Both the position numbers and the translations under genes were made by a program. Below are positions 50,355 through 62,129 of a stretch of DNA of 64,000 bases, one piece after another. The notes below the pieces were generated by a model. That model did not search any database and had not been told where the DNA came from. It saw only the letters and a program-made list of their open reading frames with translations. This DNA comes from Macrostomum lignano (Eukaryota), in assembly GCA_002269645.1 (NCBI GenBank), contig NIVC01003159.1, forward strand, positions 51,945 to 115,944. The letters are read 5' to 3'. Positions within the stretch are counted from its first letter, which is position 1. Each line of letters opens with the position of its first letter.

Positions 50355-53286
50355 CTAAATATTTCTAGCTTTGAACACGATCTTGTGCAGCGGCGGGGAC
50401 CTCAGCACGGTGCCCTTGGAGAAGCTCGGATCCTCGGTGAGCTGCCACATTGTCCGGCTGTCCTCGGGGTCCAGGCTGAAGCTGTAGCGCTGCACAAGAG
50501 CCACGAAGAACACCAGCAGCTCCATGCGGGCCAGACTCTCGCCAAGGCAGGCCCTCTTGCCCAGGCCGAAGGTGGACAGGTGCGGGCTGGCCGCGAACTG
50601 CCCGTCCTCCTTCAGGTGCCGCTCCGGCAGAAACTTCTCTGGCTGCGGGAACACCGCCGGGTCGTGGTAGATGGCGTACGTGTTGAAGGTGCAGATGCTG
50701 TCTGGCTGAAGCTTCCAGCCGCCACTGTTGGCCAGAGTGACTTCGTCCACAACTCGGTGGAAAACTCCCATTGGGGCGAGGCTGGCTTTGCGGTTGACTT
50801 CTTCGATCACGGCCTTGAAAATGAAGGACATTGTTGAGCGAGGGACATGAGAGGACATCATCTGAAACGAGGACATTGCCTGCTTCGAAGACATCATCTG
50901 AGACGAGGACATTACCTGCTTAGAGAACATCATCTGAGACGAGGACATTACCTGCTTAGAGAACATCATTTGAGACGAGGACATTACCTGCTTAGAGAAC
51001 ATCATCTGAGACGAGGACATGCCTGCTTCGAAGACATCATCTGAGACGAGGACATTACCTGCTTAGAGAACATCATCTGAGACGAGGACATTACCTGCTT
51101 AGAGAACATCATCTGAGACGAGGACATTACCTGCTTAGAGAACATCATCTGAGACGAGGACATTACCTGCTTAGAGAACATCATCTGAGACGAGGACATG
51201 CCTGCTTCGAAGACATCATCTGAGACGAGGACATTACCTGCTTAGAGAACATTATCTGAGACGAGGACATTACCTGCTTAGAGAACATCATCTGAGACGA
51301 GGACATGCCTGCTTCGAAGACATCATCTGAGACGAGGACATTACCTGCTTAGAGAACATCATCTGAGACGAGGACATTACCTACTTAGAGAACATCATCT
51401 GAAACGAGGACATGCCTGCTTAGAGAACATGGTGTGGACCTCGGTCGAAGACATCGTCTTTTTGAAGATGGCTTATGAACATTGCCTGTTTGAGGGAATC
51501 ATCTGACAACCGACATCACCTGCTTTAACAAATCATTTAGGCACAGGTACACAGGCGTACCATTTAACGCATGCTCAAAAGCATCGGTCATCACAACAAA
51601 ACAGTTCCTGGAAATTAAGTCACCGCAGTCATGCATCAGTCATTAAATCTTGTATTTAGCTAGATAATATGGGAAATGGCCCGCGCCTCTACATCGAGTT
51701 ACTGGCAATTTTCTCCCAACCTGAGTGTACGGCAGTGCTGCTTTGTCCTGCATAGTGGCCAGCCGGTCGTTTCCAATGGCCTTCACAACCTCTTTGTGCA
51801 CTTTCTCGCAGACATCCGGGTTGTCAATCATGTAGAGGATCGCCCAGCGAAGCGTGTTGGCCGTGGTGTCGGTGCCAGCAACGAACAGGTCGCTGACGGC
51901 CATGGTCAGACGGGTGTTGTTGAACATTTCGGGCTGGTCGCGCTGGTACAACAGGTGCGCCTCGATATAGTCTCTGTGTGGTAACGTTTTTCACAGGGCT
52001 GCCTATACATGTACAGGTAAATGTACATGGAAGTATATGTAACAAAAGTACATATACTACAGATACTACAGATATTTCTTGAGAATACTAAGTCAGATAG
52101 AGTGCGTTATGGGCCACTATTGCTGAGCATGTGCATGTTTATGTGCCATATTATTGACCCTGCACCTCTTTCAGATGTACCTCATTGTCAGACAAAGTAA
52201 CAGTACGTCATCGACAGACATGCACCTCAGTATCATCAGAGATTTATGTGCCTCATCCACAGATATGCACATGATCATCAAAAGTATACTACTAAAGTAC
52301 ATGTATACTGTTAGTGGTCCTTGGTTTTAAATTTACGGGTCTGACGAGAAACTGCACTTCTTATGATCAGGTACATATCTGTACTGTACTGTTCGTGGTC
52401 CTTGTGTAAAACTCGTCGTTGGATTAAACAGCGACATTCATCGGTTGAAAAATTCCTCCATAAACTCACCTGGCTCTATCGACGCCCTCCATCTCGGCAA
52501 TGTGCCTGTCCCGCTGTTCGTTGCAGTAGCTCTGCAGTCTCAAAAAATCGTCAATGGCAGCCTTGGAAGCCGGCGTTTTGAACAGCAGATCGGCAATGAA
52601 AGGAAATCTCTCGATCACTGGCATCAGCGTCAGAAACATCGCGTTAGCCGAGTTCGTATCTTCGTTGTGTGTAATCTTGCGGAACACTTCGAGGATTTCT
52701 CCGAACTTCTCGTCCTCCGAGGCCAGCCGAGAGCCGAACACCAGCTGGCAGATGATGTTGCTGGTCACCGTGCTCAACAGCACCGAAGTTTCCACCGGCT
52801 TCCCAGCCGCTTCGTCGAGCGTCTGCCGCAGGTGCTCCGCCTCAACGGCGATGATTTCCTCGGCGCCGCGTCGGCCGAAGCCGAAGTCGCGCAGCGTCTT
52901 CAACGTGAAGCGACGGTACTCGCGCCACACCTCGCCGTCCGAAGCCACAATGCCGCCGATGTCGCCGAACAGACGGCGGTGAGCTTTTGGCTCGGACGTC
53001 CCGACAACTGGTCGGCGTTGTCCACCATGGCCTCCTTGAATGCGGAAAACTTGTTGAACACGTAGACGCACTGGGTGCCGAAGTGCACTCGAACGACGGG
53101 CTCCGAGCCGAAGTTCTCGTACAGCCAGAGGTACAGCGGCTCGCGGATGTGGCGCATGCTGCCAACCAGAGGGTAGCGACCAACTGACGGAGGCTCCCTG
53201 CCGTCCTCCAGCCGCTTCCGGCCGTACCAGTACAGTCCCAGGGCTGCGGCACCGCCGGCTAACACTAGGCTAGTTGAAACTGCCAT
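50355..53286 (-). CDS. Cytochrome P450, CYP2 clan, 3 exons (53286-52470, 51973-51721, 50813-50355), about 509 aa after one -1 frameshift near 52978
   Basis: N-terminal anchor, WxxxR (WREYR), TLRDFGFG, RDYIE, I-helix DLFVAGTDTT, ExxR (EVNR), PERH and heme motif FGLGKRACLG; splice phases 2 and 0 are consistent. Confidence 0.92.
50835..51430. repeat. Minisatellite, 36-bp unit CATCATCTGAGACGAGGACATTACCTGCTTAGAGAA with 35-bp variants, in CYP intron 2
   Basis: About 16 units ending about 20 nt from the acceptor of the last exon. Confidence 0.97.
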
Positions 53287-53744
53287 TCTCTCAGCTGCAG
53301 TCTGCTTCAGCAAGGGTGTAAGCTTTGATTTCTGCACTAACTAACTGGTACTATCTAACAGTCGCAGGTGACAGCCAAGGTCTTCTAGCAGGCTTAATGT
53401 TGAGTGAGAAAAACGTACCGTACCCCTAGCTTTTGTGTAAGTTGTGAATGTCTGTCCGGTAGCGTAGCTTGTACATGTACAGCCCTGCGATTAATTGCTG
53501 CTTGAATAATACCTCTTAGTGTTCTTCTGTCTATGCATGTCTGCCCCAGTCTGACTATACCATACGTGCCTGTAACCTGTCATGGCTGTGTCAGTCGAGG
53601 GCAGGGCTGCAAAGTCTTCCTTGCCACCGCGTACACTGCGTGTACGTTTATACGACGTCGGTAGCGTACGCAGAGGAGGGACAGGAGGGGCTGTGGCCTC
53701 TCCCCCCAATCGCACCAATAAAAATTGCTCTTCTCCAAGACAGG

Positions 53745-53895
53745 CACAGGGGCGCGCCCACCAAGAGACAGGGGCGCCCACCAAGAGACAGGGGCGCCCA
53801 CCAAGAGACAGGGGCGCCCACCAAGAGACAGGGGCGCCCACCAAGAGACAGGGGCGCCCACCAAGACACAGGGGCGCCCACCAAGAGACAGGGGC
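53745..53895. repeat. Minisatellite, 20-bp unit ACAGGGGCGCCCACCAAGAG, which resumes at 54155-54200
   Basis: About 7 units before and 2 after an inserted element. Confidence 0.93.
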
Positions 53896-54154
53896 CAGTG
53901 GCGTACCAAATCCAATCGCCTGGGGGGGGGGGTTGGGTTGAGTGCGGCGGGTACCAAAAACCATGAGGCAATTGAGTGCCTGCGGCGCCAAAATGAGTGC
54001 CTGCTGCGGCGCCAAAATGAGTGCCTGCGGCGCCAAAATGAGTGCCTGCGGCGCCAAAATGAGTGCCTGCGGCGCCAAAAGTGGCAATGGCATAAGGCTG
54101 GTCAGCCAGGCCAACCCGCCCCCCCCCCAATTGAAATTCCTGGCTACGCCACTG
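53896..54154. mobile_element. hAT-like MITE 4 (259 bp) inserted into the 20-bp array
   Basis: TIRs CAGTGGCGTA-CCA / TGGCTACGCCACTG; exact 8-bp duplication ACAGGGGC (53888-53895 and 54155-54162); internal 21-bp repeats and G-run/C-run subtermini. Confidence 0.85.
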
Positions 54155-55878
54155 ACAGGGGCGCCCCACCAAGAGACACGGGGCCGCCCACCAAGAGACA
54201 GCTACATGTAGGGGTTCCCGCCTAGCAGAACAACACTGCAAAAGCTTACTGCACAAAGTGTCGAAAAGATCGCATTGCAGTACATTGCATTGATTTTGAC
54301 AGCCACGATTACGATGAAAAATTTACAGTGCGATCGATATGAATGGGAATTTTTACTTACTGTCGGTCTGAAATGTTAACTCTGTTGATTTCGGTCCTGC
54401 TAGAAAAGCTCATCTCCATACGTCTTTGTACTCGATCGTCGAGCCCGTGGACACTTAGCTTAATATCTTAATTAGATCTTTAGACCTTAGCACCAGAACG
54501 GAAATTGGAATAATTGCGAAGGTCAAGTCAAGTCAGCCACGTCATTTTTTATTGCCCGGGGGGTTGCCTGATGGTGCCTGAGGGTTTCTGTTGCTGCAAG
54601 GAGGGGTACACATGTAGCTACTTGTTAATTGGATTCAGTCGACATTGATTGTGACTGCCAATTTAGTTTCCTACACGTACATTTATTTCCCTAATAGTCT
54701 AGAATTTATTGCACAATCCCACATGGTTTTGAGTAGGGATTCCCACACAACCTAGCCAATCCCGTTACGATGCCGTGCTAGCGGCTATAATGTAGTAGGC
54801 AGGTTGCGGACGACGTCGCTTGAATGCCGCACCGCAGTACATTCAGTCAAGGAGGAGACAAATTTAATCCTTTATATCCCACCTCCAGCTCAAACTGACG
54901 GTCGTACACACCAGCTATATGGACCTATTATATGTACATGTATGGTCATCTCTTTTCCGATTAGGATTCGCTATTCCTCCCGCGGTTAATTCTTACATGT
55001 ACATGTGTACACCGAACTTCAGAAAATAATTGCGTTCCTATAAGGTTTCAAGTTACTACTGTCAGTAAATGATACGCAAATATAGTACATATTTCAATTA
55101 CTGGCGGGATCGGCAAACCGAGGCCGAGGCATTCAAATCGCGAGGCTTTTTTCACTGGGCATGTACCTTTGACTTTAGCAGATGTCCATAATGCTCCCTA
55201 TACATTGGGAAAGCCTATAGAATCTGAAATTCATCGCGTTCATTCGATCAAATCAATTAGATTTAGATTTGCTTTTCAATCTTCCGAGCCGCGGCCGGGA
55301 TCAAGAGGGAATCATGCAGCTTATAATAGTAATAGCTTATACAATAGTGCCGTAATATATTCACATACAAGTAGCTACGATACCCACTAGAATACGCATA
55401 TATGTACAGAGCAGGCGCGTTGCTAATCTTAATTAATAATCTAACCGCAAACCGCAAACCGCAAATGTAACCGCACAATCATGTACATGAGCCCTACCCC
55501 AGCTTAAACCCTAACGTCAATTTAAAGGGCCGGTATTCTCTTTTCAACAAAAATGAACGGCCTAATCTATTGTGAGAGTCATTAAAATTTTGCGGACATA
55601 ATTCCAAAAATTTGAATAAGAAGAAGTGCATTTTTAATAAATTTTATTGCGCTTTATTAACAGCCGCAGAAGAGTGCAACTGAATGTTCTATTTAAAGAA
55701 AATAGCTATTATTATATTCAGTTTCTTACAAACTGTCAGAATCTGTCACAATCTGTCAAAATTGGTATCATTATTGTGTAATCTCGTTGTGAAACCACAG
55801 TTCTGTAAGCGGAAAGGATTCCTATCTCACATTAGGCCTAGTATCTGTTTGGTACACATCAATATCTATTAGAATCGA

Positions 55879-57094
55879 ATGCCAAGAGGTAAATTGAATT
55901 TGTAAACTGTTGTATAAAATCGTGTCCATTTTTTGTGTAAATTTACCACTTAATTAATAAAATAATTCTTACTTTTTCGAGAAGTGTACTTTTTCACCTG
56001 GCACATTTGTCTTGGAACTTTGGCTTACTCTGCTTAGGCCTATCATTACCAAATTTTCTGTGTATTAAAGGACTATAGTTTAGGCCTAATATTTAATATG
56101 TATAGGTGGCATAGGCCTAACATGAGTTATTGTAATTGTTAAATACTTCACTAATCAATTTCACTAGTTTCTTAAAGGTATAGTACAAATCATCAAATGC
56201 AATAGGTACCAAAATTCTAGCTAGGTACTAATAAATAGGCACTAGAATGCATTCTTACCTAGGCCTAATCTAATTACTAATATAATTAAACACAATTTTA
56301 TCAATCTAAATATCTAGGCTAGAGTCTAGACTAAATTATAAAATTTCATTTATTTACTAATACAAGTCAAAATTGTCAAAAAGTACAATATTTGAATGAA
56401 TTCTCAATCTCAAAACCCATGAATTGTTGTTACCAAATCAAAAGATTTGCTATTTGATCTACAAATTTCTAGATTTGTGATAGACACTTTTTATTAGGCC
56501 TATTATTAAAATTTATTTTTTATACATAGTTTTAAATTCTTTTAGCAATGAATCTTATTAAAGAATGATAATAATATATTTTACAAGGCCAACTCCTCCA
56601 TTGGAGGAGAAAGGGGATAGAACTCCCATTGCCAAAATTCCATTCCCTGAAATCTATCCCATGACCCAAATTCTATCTTCCAAATCCTCTCCAAATCCTT
56701 TCTAAAACCTCTCAAATACTATTTCTTTACTGCCATTGTTTAGACTAAGACTCTCTAATGTTTCCTCTCTCCTCTTTGCAGTCTTTGGTCTCTTATCTTT
56801 AATCTCTCCTTTCTTCTCTTTGCTCTCATCTCTTATCTATTAGGCCTATCTATTATCCTTTCTTCTCTTTGCTCTCGTCTCTTATCTATTATCTCTAATC
56901 TCTCCTTTCTGTGTTCTTATATTTATATCTATTCTCCTTTCTCCTCACTACTTTCTCTTCTCTACTCTTTCATCTCTTCTCTTTTCCCTCATCTTCTACT
57001 CTCTTATTTCCTCTCTCGTCTGGTCTCTACTCCCTCTATCTCCTCTCTACTCTCTCCTTTCTTATCTCCTCTCTTTTTTTCTCTCTCTCTCTCA

Positions 57095-57189
<95 letters not shown>

Positions 57190-60100
57190 ATTTTCTCTTT
57201 CTTCTCTCCTTTTTTCTTCTCTCTTTTCTCTCATCTCTCCTCTCTCTCTTCTCTTTCTTCTCTCGTGTCTGTACTTTCTTATATTTGCTCTCCTCTTTTT
57301 TTCCTCTCCTCTCTTTTCTTCTCTTTACTCTCTCTTCTCTCTCCCTCTTCATTCCTGCCTCACCCCTTCTCTCTCCCCTCAGTCATCTCTAATCTCTCCT
57401 CTCTCATATCTACTCACTTTTATATTATCTCTCTTCTCTTCTCCTTTCTTTCTTTTCTCTACTCTCTTTTTTTACTGACTAAAGGTGCCAATAATAAAAC
57501 CAATTGAAATTTGTCACTCACCTTCATTACTCTGAAATTACTTAAATGATAGCTGGCTTGAATGTGTGTATGCAACCCCCCCTGATCTCTTGGTCTCTGA
57601 CTTTAACTTATTGCAAAAATGACTACAATCTTAGCAGAAAGTTTAAAGTATGGAAATTGTTTTTAGAATGCTGTGTTTTTTGCGTTCATATTAAAAGCAA
57701 ACAACTTATATCCCTGAACTTAGCATTGCAAGATCTTTCCAACAATATAAATCTCTCCTCTCAAAGTTTATAACTCAAGGAACAGTTAGCATTTGAAATT
57801 TTCCAGTTTCCCAATTGCTTGCTACATAGAGGCTTGCAAGTTTATTCATTGAATTTCACTGTCCAGCAAATACATAGGGCTGCATATTAAAAGATGCCAA
57901 TAATAAAACCAATTGAATCTTGACACAGTTTTATCTTTTTACACTATACAGCTGCTATGTACACTCAACCCAAGCCCAACCCCCTCTTTTAGAGGAATCA
58001 ATAAATTTAATTGCGCCTCCAACATGCAAGGGTTTATTTGTATTGAATGCACAACACATGTCACCCACCCCTCCTATACACAGCAACTTGCAAGAGGAGG
58101 TTGGGGTGGTTATTTTTACAAACATGCCACCACCTTTCTACTAAAGAGGCAAACTGGCCAAAGAGGTTAAGAAAACAGTTTTCTGCTTTTTTTCATAGAC
58201 TTAATTTTGAAAATTTCAACATTAAAATAGCCTATTTGTTGCATAGGAAAATTTTGCATTGATATATAAACATATATATGTTTCGCATTTGAGTTGGCAG
58301 CCATCTAGGAAGAGATACGCATTTAACCTGGCTAGTCAATCAATCGATTGGCCTACTCAGCTTTAGATATAAGATATAAAATAAGTTTATTTTATGAATA
58401 TTATAAAAAAAATTATAAAAACAAATTAAAAACTTATTTAGCCTTTTTTGATAATAGGGCTATACTCTTATATATATTACATGGAATGCCAGAAAAAATT
58501 ACCTCCCTAGATCATAAATTTAAGTTTATACCAAGAATCAACTTTACTCGTGATATATACACTGGAAATTATTAAAGGTATTGCCACAATATAGAACCTT
58601 TTTGCATTGCAACAATACAGGACCTTTTTGTATTATGACATTTTGTTCCTTTGTATGCCAACAGCTATGCCATATATTGGCTCTATGGCGCAATTTTCTG
58701 GCAGATTGTTCTTTATGTTGGATACTTCATACCAATCATTTTTTCAAATCTATTGTATGCTGGAATTTTCTAGTGTATATATAAGATTTGGAAGTAAGGG
58801 TAATAAAGTCCTGTAGATTCTAGATATCCAAATAATTAATTAGATTTTATTAGATTTGCCTATTATTTTTGCTACTAGAAGCATACTTTTTTATAGATAC
58901 CTATCTATTAAGCCTTATTATAGCCAAAAGATATTTCTATAGATATAATTTAGAGCAATTCAATAATTAGTTAACATATTACTAGCTTGTATATTAAGCC
59001 TAAGCGTTTGCAGTAAAGAAAGGAGATTCTTGCTTTTGTTTGATTCACTTTTAACATTTTATATCTCGAATTTGGATATTAGATACCAAATAAATACCTT
59101 TATCCAAGCTAAATGCCATTTCAGTCTATTCATAGTTTCATGTTTTTGTAAAATATTTTTTTTATTATATTTTTGTAGGTCAAAGAGGCCTAGCAGTTTT
59201 TTAATCAAGGACAAGACAACATCAAAGTTGCTTAGGTAGTAGAGCTGACTGATGATGTGAAATCTTTGTTAAGCTTGTGACAGTACTGGATATTCCATGC
59301 AATCTTGCACACCAATTGCCCCTAACCTTGCAATGCAATCCAGGCCGCGGTCCGCAGCACAAGGGCGCCAGGCGTCAGTTTACAGATGAGGACACGCTGG
59401 CCCGCGAGGTCCAGGAGCTCAATGTTAGAGAGGGCGGCGGTGGTCGAAGCAAGAAAAAGGAAGAAAGCGACGAGAGCGACTCGTCTGAGGATGAGGCCGA
59501 GGATGCTGGAGCCGCTGGGGGCAGCGGAGACGAGGATGGAGAGAAGACTAAGGTGAGAAAAGGAAATCATTTTCTAGCCATTGGAACTCCGTTTTTTAGA
59601 AGCCTTTTTCAAACTTCTCGTAGTTATTGATCCCAGAATTTTCCTTTGATCCCCGATGGGAATCCCGACCTATTTAATCTCTATCAGGAATCCCCATCTG
59701 ATCCCATTGAGAATCCCATCTTATCCCATTGAGAACCCTTATCTTATCCCATTGGGAATCCCCTTCTGATCCCATTGAGAGTCCCTATCTGATCCCAATA
59801 AGAATCCCTATCTGATCCCATTGAGGATCCCATCTGATCCCATTGAGAATCCCCTTCTGATCCCATTGAGAGTCCCTATCTGATCCAATAAGAATCCCTA
59901 TCTGATCCCATTGAGGATCCCATCTGATCCCATTGGGAATCCCCTTCTGATCCCATTGAGAATCCCATCTGATCCATTAAGAATCCCATCTGATCCCATT
60001 GAGAATCCCATTAAGAATCCCATCTGATCCCATTGAGAATCCCTATCTGATCCCAATAAGCATCTGTATCTGATCCCATTGAGGATCCCATTTGATCCCA

Positions 60101-62038
60101 TTGGGAATCCCCATCTGATATCATTGAGAATCCCTATCTAATCCCATTGAGAATTCCTTTCTGATCCTATTGAAAATCCCATCTGATCCCATTGGAAATC
60201 TCATCTGATCCCATTGGGAATCCCATCTGATCCCGTTGGGAATCCCATCTAATCCCATTGGGAATCCCATCTGATCCCATTGGGAATCCCATCTAATCCC
60301 ATTGGGAATCCCATCTGATCCCATTGGGAATCCCATCTAATCCCATTGGAATCCCATCTGATCCCATTGGGAATCCCATCTGATCCCGTTGGGAATCCCA
60401 TCTGATCCCGTTGGGAATCCCATCTGATCCCATTGGGAATCCCATCCGACCCCACAAACTGCCGCAGGCGCACGGCGTGGAGAACCTGATCCAGTCGGAG
60501 AACCCGAACCGGCAGCCGGCCGCTACCAAGTCGGTGAAGAAGCTCGGAGCGGACGCCCCGGCCCCTGAGCTGTCCCGCCGCGAACGGGAGGAGCTGCAGC
60601 GGCAGCGAGATCGCGAGGCCTACGAGAGGCTGCACGCCCAGCACAAGACTGCCGAGGCTCAGGTTGTTGCTCCTGTTGTGTGTTTTGATTTGCGCAGCTG
60701 GCATTTGGAAATAGTCGAGTAGTTTCCATGATAATTTAAATTGAAAATTGAACCTCTGCTCGAGCTGAATTTCGAATAGCATCTTCGATTTCTCAAACTT
60801 TCCGAACTTTTCTAATCAATCTAATCTAGTCCTAAGCTATTTGTACTCGCTAGGCTCCCTAAGTGCCTAGTCGCCTAATTTGGTGCCTATCACCTAATCT
60901 GATCCGTACCTAGCTCGTGCTGTGATCCTTTTTTCGCATATGATCTCTAATTATCTAGTACTGTAATATGCTTAATCACCTGTGTGATTCCTAATCACAA
61001 TATGATCTCTAATCATCTAGTACGTTGTACTCATAATATCCTTAATCACCTGCGTGATTCCTAACACCTAATATGATCTCTAAACACCTAAAAAATACGA
61101 TCCCTAATCATCTAATATGATTCCCAATCATCTAATATGATCCCTAATTACCTAATATGATCCTAATCATCTAATACGATCCCTAATCACCTAATATGAT
61201 CCCTTATCACCTAATATGATCCCTAATCATCTAATATGATCCTTAATCACCTAATATGATCCCTAATCATCTAGTACGATCCCTAATCACCTAATATGAT
61301 CCATAATCATCTAGTATGATCCCTATTCACCTAATATGATCCCTAATCATCTAATAAGATCCTTAATCACCTAATATGATCCTTAATCACCTAATATGAT
61401 CCCTAATCATCTAATAAGATCCTTAATCATCTAATGTGATCATTAATCACCTAATATGATCCCTAATCACCTAATATGATCCCTAATCACCTAATATGAT
61501 CCTAATCATCTAATACGATCCCTAATCACCTAATATGATCCCTAATCACCTAATATGATCCCTAATCATCTAGTACGATCCCTAATCACCTAATATGATC
61601 CATAATCATCTAGTATGATCCCTAATCATCTGGTGTGATCCCTAATAACCTAATATGATTCCTAATCATCTGGTGTGATCCCTAATAACCTAATATGACT
61701 CCTAATCACCTAATACAATCTCTAATCACGTAATATGATCCGCAATCGCCTATTCGAATCTAGCAGATATTTGCTAATCTAATGCGGTCCCTCACAACCC
61801 TGCAGGCGGACCTCGCCCGCCTGGCTATTGTGCGCGCCAACGCGAGGAGGCGGCCAAAAAGCGCGAAGCGGAGCGCCAGGCCAAGGAGGTTGAGGCGCAG
61901 CGCCGGCGCGAGGAAGTGGAGCGCGGCACGGCCAGCAGGCCGGCGCGCCGTAGGCCGGGGCGGACGGAGCCGGGCAAAGAAGGAGCGCGAGAAGGAGAAG
62001 AAGCAGCAGGCGGCCGCGGTGGCAGCGCGAACTCTTGA
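55879..62038 (+). CDS. PDAP1: 28 kDa heat- and acid-stable phosphoprotein (PDGFA-associated protein 1), exons 55879-55888, 59344-59552, 60468-60662, 61806 to about 62038; frameshift near 61840, C-terminus uncertain
   Basis: MPRG-RGPQHKGARRQFT, acidic SDSSEDE, GVENLIQSENPNR, ELSRREREEL and ADLARLAIVR match the PDAP1/HASP family. The 10-nt first exon supplies the phase-1 G needed by exon 2. Confidence 0.88.
56590..57480. repeat. Dispersed repeat with a CT-rich or (CT)n tract, related to 400-955
   Basis: AACTCCTCC..GGAGGAGAAAGGGGA.AGAACTCCCAT..AATTCCATTCCCTGAA is shared with 403-470 and followed in both copies by a long CT tract. Confidence 0.8.
59690..60445. repeat. Minisatellite, 22-bp unit CTGATCCCATTG(A/G)GAATCCCAT, in PDAP1 intron 2
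   Basis: About 33 units grading into the acceptor region. Confidence 0.96.
60965..61740. repeat. Minisatellite, 20-bp unit GATCCCTAATCACCTAATAT, in PDAP1 intron 3
   Basis: More than 30 units, degenerate at the 5' end. Confidence 0.96.
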
Positions 62039-62129
62039 ATCAGAATTATTTTGCTGTGCGTGTTCGGGCTCGCTTGTCTTTTAATATTGTTATTAGTATA
62101 TAAATAAGTATTGGTTTATTTAAAAAATC

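Noticed and set aside
56911-57507. 198-aa L/S/F-rich apparent membrane protein (also 596-955)
   Set aside because: These are translations of CT-rich low-complexity DNA.
8575-61845. Programmed ribosomal frameshifting as a shared system
   Set aside because: There is no common slippery heptamer or downstream structure, the genes are unrelated housekeeping types, and assembly error is far more parsimonious.
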